This document shows positions 11,085-22,412 of a stretch of 64,000 nucleotides of DNA, piece by piece. The first letter of the stretch is position 1. Every line of letters begins with the position of its first letter. Location: NCBI GenBank assembly GCA_958009085.1, contig OY253686.1, positions 124,001 to 188,000 on the forward strand, written 5' to 3'. The notes beneath the pieces were generated by a model. It searched no databases. It was not told the origin of the DNA and worked only from the letters and a program-made list of their open reading frames with translations. The position numbers and the translations under genes are program-made. This DNA is from Protoeuglena noctilucae. Taxonomy: Eukaryota.

Positions 11085-12305
11085 TTAATTGATTTGGTTC
11101 AGACCCGTATTCTTATCGACGATGCAACGAGACGAAACGAACGCGGCTACATATACGATTCCGCCACCAGATGGTACTGTCAGACCGCTTGCAAACAGAC
11201 TGATGTCTGCAGCAGCGCGGTACGTGTTATATCCAGAGACGAGTCCAGGCAGACACAAGTCCGTGGACATGCAGAAAGCGGGGGAATCCCACTGACCCTC
11301 CATGTTCGTAGGGCGCTTACATCCAAATGTGTTCTTGAACGTCGTAAAGGCTTCAAACCCGTTGATGTCCTGGTCATTGAGACGGTATCCACCAATCTAA
11401 AAATAGTACGTGGATGTCTGCAAGGCACCAACACTCCCAGGTCCAGAGTTGGCAAGTGGGTTGGAACCATCAGCAGCTTTCATCACCGCAAGAAGCTTGT
11501 TAACGGAATCAGACGTGTACCTCTTGGAGAAAGTTAGCGTCCCACCGGTGACAGTGTCGGAAGGCTGGATAATGATGTTGGAGTATGGAATAGATAGACC
11601 ATTCGCGTCGTGCTCAATGGCATCCAAGATTTCCTCCGTGTAAGACGAGTCGCTAAACATCAGAGCATCACAAGATATCCACTGACTTGCATAATTTGCA
11701 GAAGTGGATGCATTTGGTGTCGGGGTGGGCATAACAGCATAACCGGCCGTTATGCCATTAGTAGAAGTGAAAGCGACTTTCACGGGGTCAGCAAGAGTCA
11801 GTGTAATCTTTGTGTCTTTAAACATACTTGTCGGCATGTACCTCATGAACTCTCCAGAGAGCCACGTGTCTGGGAATCCATTTACCGCAACGTATTGTGA
11901 TGCACCTACTGCAATATAAGGAGCATAACTTGCTCCATCGGAGGAAAGTTCGATTTCACCTCGACGCATCTGGTCAAGATAAGCCTCAATGGCACCCCAG
12001 TTATCAGCCTGAGTCACCGTACGACCATTGACAGAGATGCTTATGTTCTGAATGTACGCATAGGCCGACATTGGACCAGTGTAAGTATGACCTGAAGTAG
12101 CATCTGTGTTCGTCAAGTTAAACCAAACCTTGAGCGTCTTGAGGTCCAGGATGTGGTCCACGGGAAGAGTAAAGACGACCTGCTGGCCCCCCGATTTGGC
12201 ACCGGAAGTGTCCGGGTAAATACGGACCGTCTTGCGAGCAAGGTTGTCCATCAGCTTGCGGGCTTTGAAGGCCAGGGGCGCGGTACTCATGACGGACGTC
12301 GACAT
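11085..12305 (-). pseudogene. Major capsid protein (double jelly roll, ~406 codons) with in-frame TAG at 11397-11399
   Basis: RIYPD..QVVFTLP..LDLKTLKVWFNL..YIQNISISVNG; YYF*IGGYRLNDQDI continues in frame to LVSGYNT..IVYVAAF. Confidence 0.85.
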
Positions 12306-12453
12306 ATTAAACTTAAGAAAAGTTTAATCAAAGAAAACCTCAACCAAAATGGCGCCACAGGCGCCCCCAGGGGGGCCGAAGGGAGCATAGCTCCTACGGT
12401 CTTCGACCGCCAATGGGCTTTGCCCTGGGGGATGGAATCCCACGACGGGGGGT

Positions 12454-13059
12454 TTAAGGGGGCGAAGCCCCCTGATTGATCCACCGTTGGGGGTCATGTT
12501 GGATGAGCTCAGCAAGGCTTGCCGACCTTATAACCCAATGAGCATCTGGTGTACCGGCACGGAATTGGGCATCATAATACGTCAAACGACTTACAGGGTC
12601 CATGAGATTCAAGAAGACCTTGATATTCTTATTATACGTAAGCATATCGGCAGGTATACTTGGGGGCACGTAAGCATTGACCATCCATGCATACGCTGCC
12701 TTGCCTTGCTTAAAGAGTTGCCACTGACACACACCGGCTTTCAGACTTCCGAGACTATGGCCGACAAAGATGACATATTTATATCTTCTGGCGATGTCAA
12801 AAGCGAAATTGAGACTACGTTGGAAACGCCCAGAGAAATCGACTCCCATGAGCGTCTGGATATCAAGAACGATGTCCATAAAGTCTGAAGTGCCTCGAAA
12901 TGTCACCACGGCAAGGTCTGGGATTTTGGGATGGACGAATGCCTGAGTCTTACCACCTTCATCAACAGCAACGCGATTCCATTCGCGGGTCTGCACGTCG
13001 TTTTCATAACTCAGTTGTGCGAACTGAAGTAGCACATTGTCTGTGAGTATACTCTCCAT
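12454..13059 (-). CDS. Class 3 lipase-like alpha/beta hydrolase
   Basis: VVTFRGTS..DIVLD and IFVGHSLGS nucleophile elbow; D.VS motif. Confidence 0.9.
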   Translation of the reverse strand: MESILTDNVLLQFAQLSYENDVQTREWNRVAVDEGGKTQAFVHPKIPDLAVVTFRGTSDFMDIVLDIQTLMGVDFSGRFQRSLNFAFDIARRYKYVIFVGHSLGSLKAGVCQWQLFKQGKAAYAWMVNAYVPPSIPADMLTYNKNIKVFLNLMDPVSRLTYYDAQFRAGTPDAHWVIRSASLAELIQHDPQRWINQGASPP

Positions 13060-13283
13060 AAGAAACTTTAGAAAAAAGAGGGACGTAGTCCCCTCTACCC
13101 CTAACGGCGCCGTAGGCGCCAATCAAAGGGGGCACCCCGAACAAAGGGTTCCGCCCTTTGGGTGTCTGGGGCAAAGGTATCCATACTCATACATGAGCTT
13201 AAAAACCATCGTGAAAGAGCTTGCGAAGAGGGGGGACGCCCCCTCCGGGTGGCTCTTTCATGAAGTGTTTTCTAAGCTCATGT

Positions 13284-16200
13284 ATGAGTTGGAACGGTGC
13301 CTTTTACCGGACATTCGAAGAGACTGTGACCAACCCAAATGCACAGAATGGAGACGTGTTGGTATACGACAGTGCGTATGACAGATGGCTGCCAAGTAGT
13401 CAAGCTTACCAAGACAATGGGACGACGCCTCAAATCAGGCACTTGAACACAAGCACCCTCACGACTGGTGTTCAGTCGCTCGACGTGGAGACCATCACTA
13501 CCAACGGAGCTACGTTAAGTTTGACCCAAGACACCTACTTCGCACCGGGCATCACTCAACCTGTGGGTTTCGTCCCTAACCTTTATGGTCTTCTTCAGTC
13601 AGCGCCCACGCCTATTACAACCGGAAAAAACGAGGGCTTTTTTAGTTATATCACCGTGGACTCAAGTCTTAACATGTATGGGACGTTAACATACCGTCAA
13701 GATACAACCCCGGCAACTTATATTACAAACCTCGATGGAACTCAGACAAATTTTCAGTTGTCGAACGTAAATACCACATATGGAGATGCTTGGGTAGTCA
13801 GTTACAACGGAGCTGGTCAGTTCCAGTGGGCTGTCGCCCCAGTCAAACATGCATCGACGGCCATCGAGGTGGACGGTATCGTTTTAACGAAGGGCTCGTC
13901 GCCTGTTTTGATGGTGTTTTACTTCATTCAACAAAATGGGGGTGTCGACATCTATAACGGGACGACTCTCGTCGCTTCGAACCAATTTGCATCGGGAGGG
14001 AACTGTATGGTTTATGTCGTATTGGACCCTGCGACTGGTTCGCTCATAAATTACAGCACGGTATATACTTCAGCCGGTAGTTTTACGTATTGGTTACATT
14101 CGGCGCGACTCACGTGGGGCAATGGTGCGCTTGTTGCAGCAACGACAAGGTGTGCTTCGGGAGCAACGACAACGTATCCTAATCAACTGTACGCACCTGC
14201 TATGGGTCAGAACAACGTAGGCATCTGGAAAGTCGACCCGAGTGCTGGAACACAAATCATGGCTAACCCGATTCAAATGCCTGGAACGAGCAATGGGTTA
14301 TATCTCGGAAGTTATGCTGTGGATTCCAGCGGTAATTTATATATCGGCGCGTGGGTAGCTCTTAGTAGTTCTCCTCTCAATTGCATAATAAATAATCTTT
14401 CTACCAATGCGAGCTCTGGGAATTCTATTACACTCAACGCGAACGACAATATTGTTCTCATGTACAACGCTTCAGGTAATTTTGTTAGGACTTTGGTTCA
14501 GGTCAATGTTGGTAATACAAGCTTCCCTCAAATCGAGAGTGATGGTACCAACTTGTGGGTTTATTTCTCAAGTCAAAACACAAGCCTTACGGTTGGCGGA
14601 CACACAGCGACAGGGTTGGGAGGTAGTTACAATGGATACCTTCTCAATATCACGCCAACTGGCTCTGTTATCAGCTTCGTTTGCGCTTTTGATTCATCAG
14701 GACTACAAACCACTTTTTATGGGTCAGGTAACCGACGCATGGCGTTTGATTCCAAGAACAGCCTGCTTTACATGTCCATCAATAGTACTGGAACGGCAAC
14801 GACAGGGAAGGCTATGAAAAACATGGACGGAGCGACATCTCTTGTTACGACTCCAAGTCTCGGAACCGCAAGGACGGAATATCCAATGTTTGTGCTGAAT
14901 ACGTCTACTGGAAAGTGGCAATATGCTGTTATTCCTTTCAGCGTTGCTTCCGGTGGAAACTTGTACATCACAGAGATGTCTTTTACTTCCTATGATGGGA
15001 ATTTATATGTGACAGGATACGTGCAAACAGACCAAACGAGTCTTTTGATTTCAGATGGTTCTGGTAATTACAATACAACCATTTCAACAGACCCCAACGC
15101 GAGAAGCACTGCTACGTATCAGCCGTATGTTGTGATTTGGTCTTATAATAATGAACCCATGAAGGCCACGCTGCCGCTACCTACACCAAGTACAGGAAAT
15201 TATCTCCAGAAGACACTCATTTTACAGCCAAATTTGACTTATGTAATAACAGAGCAGAACAATGCTGGGAATAACGTTTGAACGATTCCAACCAGCAAGA
15301 CAGGACTCAATGTGGTTCAGTACTTTTTCGTGGATTCTGCCTGGACGCCTGACTTTTCAACAGTTGACCTTGTCAACAACATCGTATACAACACCAGTAC
15401 GACTCAGACGACAACTTCTGTAGGCGATGCTTCCACATTGCAGGGCCTCAATGCGAGTCAGTTCATGCGCTCGGACGCACCTACGGGCGTGACGGCAAGT
15501 TCTACAGCCAGGGTTTTCACGGCGAATAATACGAACGGGGGGAATCAAATTGCAAGTTTTCAAAACAATGGCACGGAAATCTTAGGGGTCAATGCGGGAG
15601 GAGTTAGTATTTCAGGTGGACTAACCGTGTCCGGGAGCTTATCTGGGGTTTTGCCTTGGTCGGACATAAGCAATTTGCCGAATTACATTGTTTATTGTCA
15701 AGGACTGACATCAGATGTTCAAGCGCAAATTAATGCCTTGTCGTCGTCTCTGAGCAACGGAGGCTTCCTAAATGTCAATTCTAATGCTACGCTGTCTGGG
15801 TCTCTAATATTTAACGGAAGTGTCAACTTTGGCAGCACGGTCACATGCAACTCGAGTACGACTACCCAAGCCTTGACGGTTAACGGAAACTTCACAACAG
15901 CAACGCCAATCACGTACACTGCAAATAACCCAGCCATGTTAGTCAAGACATATGCTGCTGGAGACTCGTATGGGATTGACCAGACAGTAGGAGGGCAGCT
16001 TAATATTTACTGTTCGAGTACGTATGGACCGGCACAGGTAAACCTCGGTGTCAAAGACTCAGCTGGGAATTTTACTTCGAAACTGAGCGTTTTTAATACC
16101 TCGTCTGTAGGACTCGCAGCTGCTTGTGAGGGGACATTCGGGTGTACCCAGCTTAACGTGAAGTACCTCAACATTCTCCAAGGACTGCTGAAGAATAAGT

Positions 16201-16667
16201 ATTACAGACTGGATGTGCCGGTGAACGGCAATTATGTCAGCTTCCCTGTCAACGACTTGAGCAACTTGTCAGCGGGCATATGGAAGATATACGCGTATGG
16301 CTCTGGTCAAGACGCCGTGGGTAATATTTATATGTGTGAAGGAATCGTGAAGATTTCCCCAGATAACAACACTATCTATGTCAGGAACCAACTGAATGAT
16401 TACCTGTATATCAGTCTACTCACGTACCTGCAATATAGCTCAAGTCCATCGCTTAGTTTCCCCAACAGCGGGCCAAGCGTTATCGCTAAGTGGGTGTATC
16501 AGATATTCACATCGGGCAACATTACTTGGCCTCAAGACGTGAAGCTTATCAGTCCCGACGGGTCTGGTAATTCTCCTTATATTAGCATTGTGAATAGCAA
16601 TTCTGGGTATCAGATAGACACCATTCACATCGGGTGCGTCCTCATGAGCACAGACTTCATCAACTAA
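13284..16667 (+). pseudogene. Large fibre/adhesin-like protein (beta-propeller repeats plus tail-fibre repeats), in-frame TGA at 15279-15281
   Basis: ORFs 13221..15281 and 15312..16667 share a frame; ITVDSSLNMY, AVDSSGNLYI, DAWVVSYNGAGQFQWA; DASTLQGLNASQFMRSD; LPWSDISNLP. Confidence 0.75.
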
Positions 16668-16759
16668 GGGCTCCGCCCTTTGAAACCCGAGGGGCAGCAC
16701 TACGTGCATCGCGGCTTCGCCGCTGCCCCATTTTGATAAATCTTTTTCTAAAAGATTTC

Positions 16760-17059
16760 ATGGAGCTGAAGCTTACACCGTCTACGGCGCAAGGGAAAAA
16801 GTGGAAGGCGCAATTTATCAAGGATGGCAAGGTGGTAAAGACAGTGAATTTTGGAGCAACGGGGTACAAAGACTATACGCAGCACGGTGACGTGAAACGA
16901 CGCGCCGAGTACCGTGCGAGGCACAAAAATGACCGTATTGATGACCCCATGACGCCAGGAGCACTCTCCTGGTATATCCTCTGGGGAGCGTCCAAAGACC
17001 GTGAAAAGAAAATTGCGACATTTGCAAGACACTTCAAGCTAACTTTTATGAAAAGTTAA
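16760..17059 (+). CDS. Tlr6F-like protein (conserved in PLVs, virophages and NCLDVs)
   Basis: KKWKAQF..VNFGATGYKDYTQH.D..RR.EYRARH..DPMTPGALSWYILW. Confidence 0.85.
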   Translation: MELKLTPSTAQGKKWKAQFIKDGKVVKTVNFGATGYKDYTQHGDVKRRAEYRARHKNDRIDDPMTPGALSWYILWGASKDREKKIATFARHFKLTFMKS

Positions 17060-17123
17060 AGGGGCGGCCCCTCGGTTCCAGGCGCGGCCAAAAAGCGTCG
17101 TAAAGTTTTTTCTCCCACATATT

Positions 17124-20100
17124 ATGTCCAGACCGAAGGCTTCAAAAACCATCCGCCAACAAATCGCGCGAGCTGAGAGAATTGCTCAACAAAAAGACAC
17201 ACGTAGACAACGCAAGAACGAAAAGCAGCGCAAACGAACCATTTACGATACGGCATATAATATTTGGATATCCGAGCACGACGAGACTGACTTCCATGTC
17301 CTCGAGAACGTTGCCGGAAAAGAGGTCAGAACTTACGATGATCTACGAGCTACTGTCAAGAAGATGCGTCGACACATCAACACGAAAAACAAGCGAGGCC
17401 ATAACGTTCTCGAGTACTTTGAACAGCACTTGCAAAATAACACGATTCGGCGTGGATTTGGACAATTCAAAGGCTGGTTCATTCAAATGAACGAGACGCC
17501 TTACCGGATGTTTGTTAAAGACCCTGCTCCCAAAATAGAGAAATTCGAGTTCAACAATGCGAAAACTGAATCAGCTAAGAGGTTTAGAAACCTCATCGAG
17601 AAATCAAATCCAGACCTCTTTGAGAATTTAAGCAGCATTGCAACCAGCGGAGGAATGGTATTCATCGACGTTGTTTCTGTCTATAAGGTGAACCCACATG
17701 AACGCGACTATAAGCTATGGTTCGAGCAGGCGGTGTCCAGGGACAAGAGCGTATTTATTAACCACGTGAACCCCCTGGGATTCAAGGACTCTGACAACGT
17801 ATTCGACCTCAAGGAAGGAAGCTGTTTCAAGCCTTCGGTTCAAAATCAGATTCAACGTGCGATTGAGAATTCTGGTTCAAAAAAGGCAAAACAAAACATC
17901 ACCTGCCACCTTAAGTGGGTGAATGAGAATTTCCCGGATGGGCCTGTTAGATTGCTCGAGGGGTGTCAATTGCTGGCCAAGAGATTTAATGTGGTGGTTT
18001 TCAATATCTTTGGTCGCGTTGTACTCAAACTCAAAGCAGAGCGGGAGAACAAGGAAATAAGACGCTTGACTTTTATAGTCCATGACGGCCACATATGTCC
18101 CGCGTGGCACACGAAGCGGGCTACAGAGAATGTGTACGCGAAGACTATCGAAGACTTCCTCGCCCCATAAATCGACTTCCCTGCAGCGAAAGCACCTGAG
18201 AAAATCGAGTGGGCTCCCACGAAAATTAAGGAAGTGATTCCCTGGAAATATGTTGAGAGTCTCCAGGAACTGAACAGCATCGAACCTGGTACCTATTATA
18301 CCCACGACGTAATCGGAGCGCTTAAAAACGTGGTTCCATTTGCCGTCTCGTTTACCCTTATACTACAGAATGGACAAGTCAACCAATTCATGTTCCATCA
18401 CCTAGACAACAAAAAGATAGTAGTGAAGTCCATGGTCGAGTGCGACGAGATTACCGAACCGAGGTACAGTCTTGAGCATGAAATCGACTACAAAAACGCC
18501 CAGGACAAACTCCTCAAACGACTACTCTGTTCCACGACAAGATGCGAGGTTAACCAAGACGTATTCGACGTGTTTGACCGCCTCCGAAAGTTCGGTATCA
18601 AACGATGTATGGGGGAGGGTGGTTCAGAATCCCTCCGTGATGGAATCGACGGTGATTTCTGGGAATGCGACGCTGGCAAGCACTTCACATATATTCTAAA
18701 GTCAATGGAAGGCATGGAAATTCCTGTACCATGCTCGAGCGACCACTTCTACCGCGTGGATATGCGCGTAGAAGACGCGGATGACCTTGCTTGGTACGTC
18801 GTCAAGTTGGACAAGACTCAGTTATTCTGGTTCTCGGAGCAAGTGTTTTACCGAAAGGAACTATCGCTATGTCTCGGCAGTGTACTCAAGAGGATGGCGA
18901 AACTATTCGACAGGGAGGACGAACGTCCAACCGGCCTACGGCCCCCCATCAGAATCGTCGGAGAACTCAAGACGGCTTACACGGCACGGATTAAGGGAGT
19001 CGCCGAAGTCATCGACTGGCTATATAGCGACGCCCTCAAGGGGTCGACCCTGAAATTAAAAGACGTGAAAAAAATCGTCAACATGGCTATTGGTATGGCT
19101 GGAAGGTCGAGGACAAGGGCGCAGCGAGGTGTTTTGTTCAAAGACCCCATGAGCTCATACAAGGTAATCGAGGATAACCCAAGACTCAAATTGTCAGGAG
19201 ACCCTGACCTGAATATCGTGTATGACGAGGATCGCAAGGTTTGCCTCAACGGATGGAAGCACAGCGTTTGGGCAGTTCTTCAGGAGCTCGCAGCTGAGAA
19301 CGTCGCTACGTTCATTCATAAGAATCTGAGATACAAACCAGTAGCCATCAAGACAGACGCTGTGTATTTCCGTGAACGTCCAGACATCAAGTATGACGGA
19401 AAGCTGGGCTCATACAAGCTACCAGAGCGAGGAAAAATTAATGCGAAGCCGATGGACCTAAGTCCTCCAAACTTACCAGAGTTCAAGGAATCCAACCAAT
19501 GGGTTACGCATGAATTCACAAAGGAGCAGGAATACGACACGGAATTTATGACGGGGCAAATCCACGAACTCCTCAAACAACACAACAGACTGAGCATTCA
19601 AGCTCAGTACGCCGGTTCCGGAAACACACGCCTCTGGGTCGATTACGTCAAAAAATACTGCCAAGAAGCGCGCATCGTGGTCGTTTGCCCAAACAATAAG
19701 AACAAGCTGGACTGTACTTCGTACTTCAAAGACGAGTCTATCGATATCCACTTCACAACCTCGCACAAGTGGTGGGAACTCCCGGTCATCAACCGCAAGG
19801 CCACTCGCAACGTACCTTCCAACGCGAATGTCGTTATCCTCGAGGAAGCGTTTATGTTCTGTACCCAAGCGCTACGCGAGATGGCCACGGAGGCGGTGAA
19901 CCGGGAGTACACCCTAATCATGACCGGCGATATCGACCAGCTGAAGCCGGTCCAGGACACCCGATATTCCCGAGATGCAGTCGGGATGCTCATGCAGAGC
20001 GTTTTCAAAAATAGGGTATACCTGCATGAAAATAAAACCCTACCGGAATCACAGAAGCCATTACTCAAAGAGCTACGTGAGATGCTTGTAGAGCGCAAGG

Positions 20101-20866
20101 ACAAGAGAGCGTGCATTCAATGGTTTATGTCTCAAAAGCGCTTGCTTTCCGAGGACGAGGCACTTGGGGGGCGTAGCCCCGATGGCCTACGGCCGCGTGA
20201 TGGACTACATCTATGTCCGTTCAAGTGCATTCAATCGCTTGGCACCAATATCGCCGCCCCAGATACTTGGACCTATCGTCCGAGCTCTGGGAGGTCTTCT
20301 GGGAAATTTGTTCGGAATGCAGAGTACCGCATGGTGTCTAACGACGGGTCCCATGTGGAACTGCAAGGCCAAGACGGTGTGATTCAGAAAATTAAAGTAG
20401 ACCGGTTTCACAAGAACTTCGAATCCTCAAACATGATCACAATTCACTCCTGTCAGGGGTCTCGTACGAGCGGAAACTTAATGTACATGGGGTAAGCACC
20501 ACGTTCGTAGGATGTGAGGAATTATACATGGCTATCACAAGAGCAAGGAACTTCGATAAGGTCTATCTCGTTCAGGGTATCAGCTCCGTTCTCTTGCACT
20601 TGAAAGCATACATTCGGGACAAGGTCAATGGATATACACGACAAGACAAGACACGCGACCAAGAGACCACAATCACGACCGAAGATATCTGGGCTCTCTT
20701 GAAGGCTGACAAATTCCGGTGCAGGCATTGCGGTGCTGATTTCTATCAGGAGGGCACGTGGACTTTGGACCGCACAGATGACGACCTCAGTCACACGAGA
20801 GAAAACTGTGGGATTGCCTGCCTGTCATGCAATAGGGGGCGTGGCCCCCTAAAACCCCCTTGTTAA
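17124..20866 (+). pseudogene. Replication polyprotein: derived protein-primed family B polymerase + SF1 helicase + HNH-like Zn domain; TAA at 18168-18170 and 1-nt frameshift at ~20490
   Basis: PolB-like CDAGKHF, KKIVNMAIGMAGR, AIKTDAVYF, LGSYKL; helicase YAGSGNT, ILEEAFM, GDIDQLKPV, TIHSCQGS, LYMAITRAR; CRHC..TLDR..H..N..ACLSCN. Confidence 0.85.
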
Positions 20867-20916
20867 GGGTTCAAGGGGCGAAGCCCCTTTTTGATGAAAC
20901 TTTTCAAAAGTTTCGT

Positions 20917-21846
20917 ATGGAGGAGCTGTTCAATACATTTTTTAAGCAGGGATACACATCTATCGATAAGTTGTATGCCAAAGTTCGTTCGAAAGGGTAC
21001 AGCAAGTCGCAAGTAAAGGAATTCCTTCTCGGGCAAAAGAACGTTCGCAGGATGGTCATGAAGCCCCGAGACGAGAAACCGAAAGGGGGTCACTTCATGA
21101 CCACGTCCCCTTGGGCTGTTGCTATGCTCGACATCATGCACATTGAGAAACCGAATCAGACGAAAGACGTGAAGTATATCCTCGTTTTGGTCGACGTGTT
21201 TTCTAAATATGTCTACCTGTATCCCCTGAAAAACAAAACGAAGGAGTCGGTAAAAAAGGGACTCTTAAGCATGTTGCCTCGTCAACGCCCTAAGCCGATG
21301 ACCATCGTGTGTGACCGCGACTCTGCGTGGACCATGGGAGATTCCAAGGACACCGTGACATGGCTCCTGGAGCAAGGGGTTCAGCAACAGTTCGTAGAGC
21401 ATGCTCCGACAGCCGAACGAATGATTCGAACATTACGGGAAGGTATCACGAGACTACCAGATGACATGACGTATTGGCAAAAATTGACAGCAGTGGCCCA
21501 TGCGCATAACGATACCATATCGAAGCAAACAGGAATGAAACCGGATGACGTCATGAATCTCGTGGATGACCACGAGATAAGTCCAACGGACTACCATCAA
21601 ATCACATACCTCCAAAACAAACTGAACCAGAATTTCAAACGAGAGACAAATGCCAGGGCGCTCTTTAATGTGGGAGACCGAGTGCGTGTGATAGATACAA
21701 ACCCGAGACTCAAAAAGTCGCGCGCGGAACACGTATCCAAGGCCATCTTTGAGATTGTTAGAGTGTTGCCCAGCAGCCACGAGCTTATTTATACGACAAC
21801 GAAACGGCGCAAGACTGTCAAGAGAGACCTCGTGGTGGAAGCGTAA
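20917..21846 (+). CDS. Retroviral-like (rve, DDE) integrase of Polinton type
   Basis: GYTSIDKLY..VKEFL; AMLDIM; YILVLVDVFSKY..PLKNK; IVCDRDS; AERMIRTLR; HN.T..TGMKP; FNVGDRVRV. Confidence 0.93.
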   Translation: MEELFNTFFKQGYTSIDKLYAKVRSKGYSKSQVKEFLLGQKNVRRMVMKPRDEKPKGGHFMTTSPWAVAMLDIMHIEKPNQTKDVKYILVLVDVFSKYVYLYPLKNKTKESVKKGLLSMLPRQRPKPMTIVCDRDSAWTMGDSKDTVTWLLEQGVQQQFVEHAPTAERMIRTLREGITRLPDDMTYWQKLTAVAHAHNDTISKQTGMKPDDVMNLVDDHEISPTDYHQITYLQNKLNQNFKRETNARALFNVGDRVRVIDTNPRLKKSRAEHVSKAIFEIVRVLPSSHELIYTTTKRRKTVKRDLVVEA

Positions 21847-21867
21847 AGATTTTTCGTCCACATATAT

Positions 21868-22062
21868 ATGGACACGCCACAAGACGCTGAAACAACAAAT
21901 CGCTTCAAGATTTACTATGAAGCTAACAAACAGCGTATTCTCGAACAAAAGCGAGAAGCGTATCAAAAGAATCGGGAGAAAAAACTGGAGTACATGAGAC
22001 GTAAATACGCAGAGGACCCTGAGTTTCGGGCTCGCGCTTTGGCGAGACGGAAGGGGGCGTAG
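21868..22062 (+). CDS. Small basic helical protein
   Basis: YYEANKQRILEQKREAYQKNREK repeat-like motif common in viral proteins. Confidence 0.65.
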   Translation: MDTPQDAETTNRFKIYYEANKQRILEQKREAYQKNREKKLEYMRRKYAEDPEFRARALARRKGA

Positions 22063-22412
22063 GGGTAGGGGGCGGAGCCCCCTTGAACCCCCCATGTTAG
22101 GATTACATGGGGGGTTTGGGCAGCGCCCTGTTTGGAAATATTTTTTGTGAAGGCCCCTGGCTTCCAGGCGTCGTTCAAGGCGTAGGGCGAAGCCCGATGG
22201 GGACATTTGTCCAGCTGGCCTTCGGCCCCTACGGCCACGCGGCTGTTGGAATAATTTTTTATGAGGCGCGTACGGTCAACGCTGGCGCCGCTGAAAGTCA
22301 ACGCTGGCGCCGCCGTGCGCGTGTCATTACCGTCATCAGTAATCCTTCGTAAAGAATTCAACCGTCGGAGCGCCGCCGCTGTTCCGCGCCGTTCCAGGCG
22401 TCGTTTATAGCT
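22063..22412. repeat. PLV right terminal non-coding region with hairpins and short direct repeats
   Basis: TTCCAGGCGTCGTT twice (22162, 22392), GTCAACGCTGGCGCCGC twice (~22276, ~22297), several GC hairpins. Confidence 0.6.

Larger units (their letters stand above)
6172..22412. mobile_element. Endogenous Polinton-like virus (PLV), left end deleted, decaying
   Basis: Sharp GC drop, dense intronless ORFs, ATPase + minor capsid + major capsid + pPolB/helicase + rve integrase + Tlr6F; boundaries approximate. Confidence 0.92.

Noticed and set aside
13193..13381. Small ORF MSLKTIVKELAKRG
   Set aside because: Overlaps the fibre promoter and start in another frame; no supporting motif
8364..18170. 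Stop-codon reassignment (TAA/TAG = Gln) in the PLV
   Set aside because: At most one internal stop per gene, all three stop types involved, and TAA/TAG end normal genes; decay fits better
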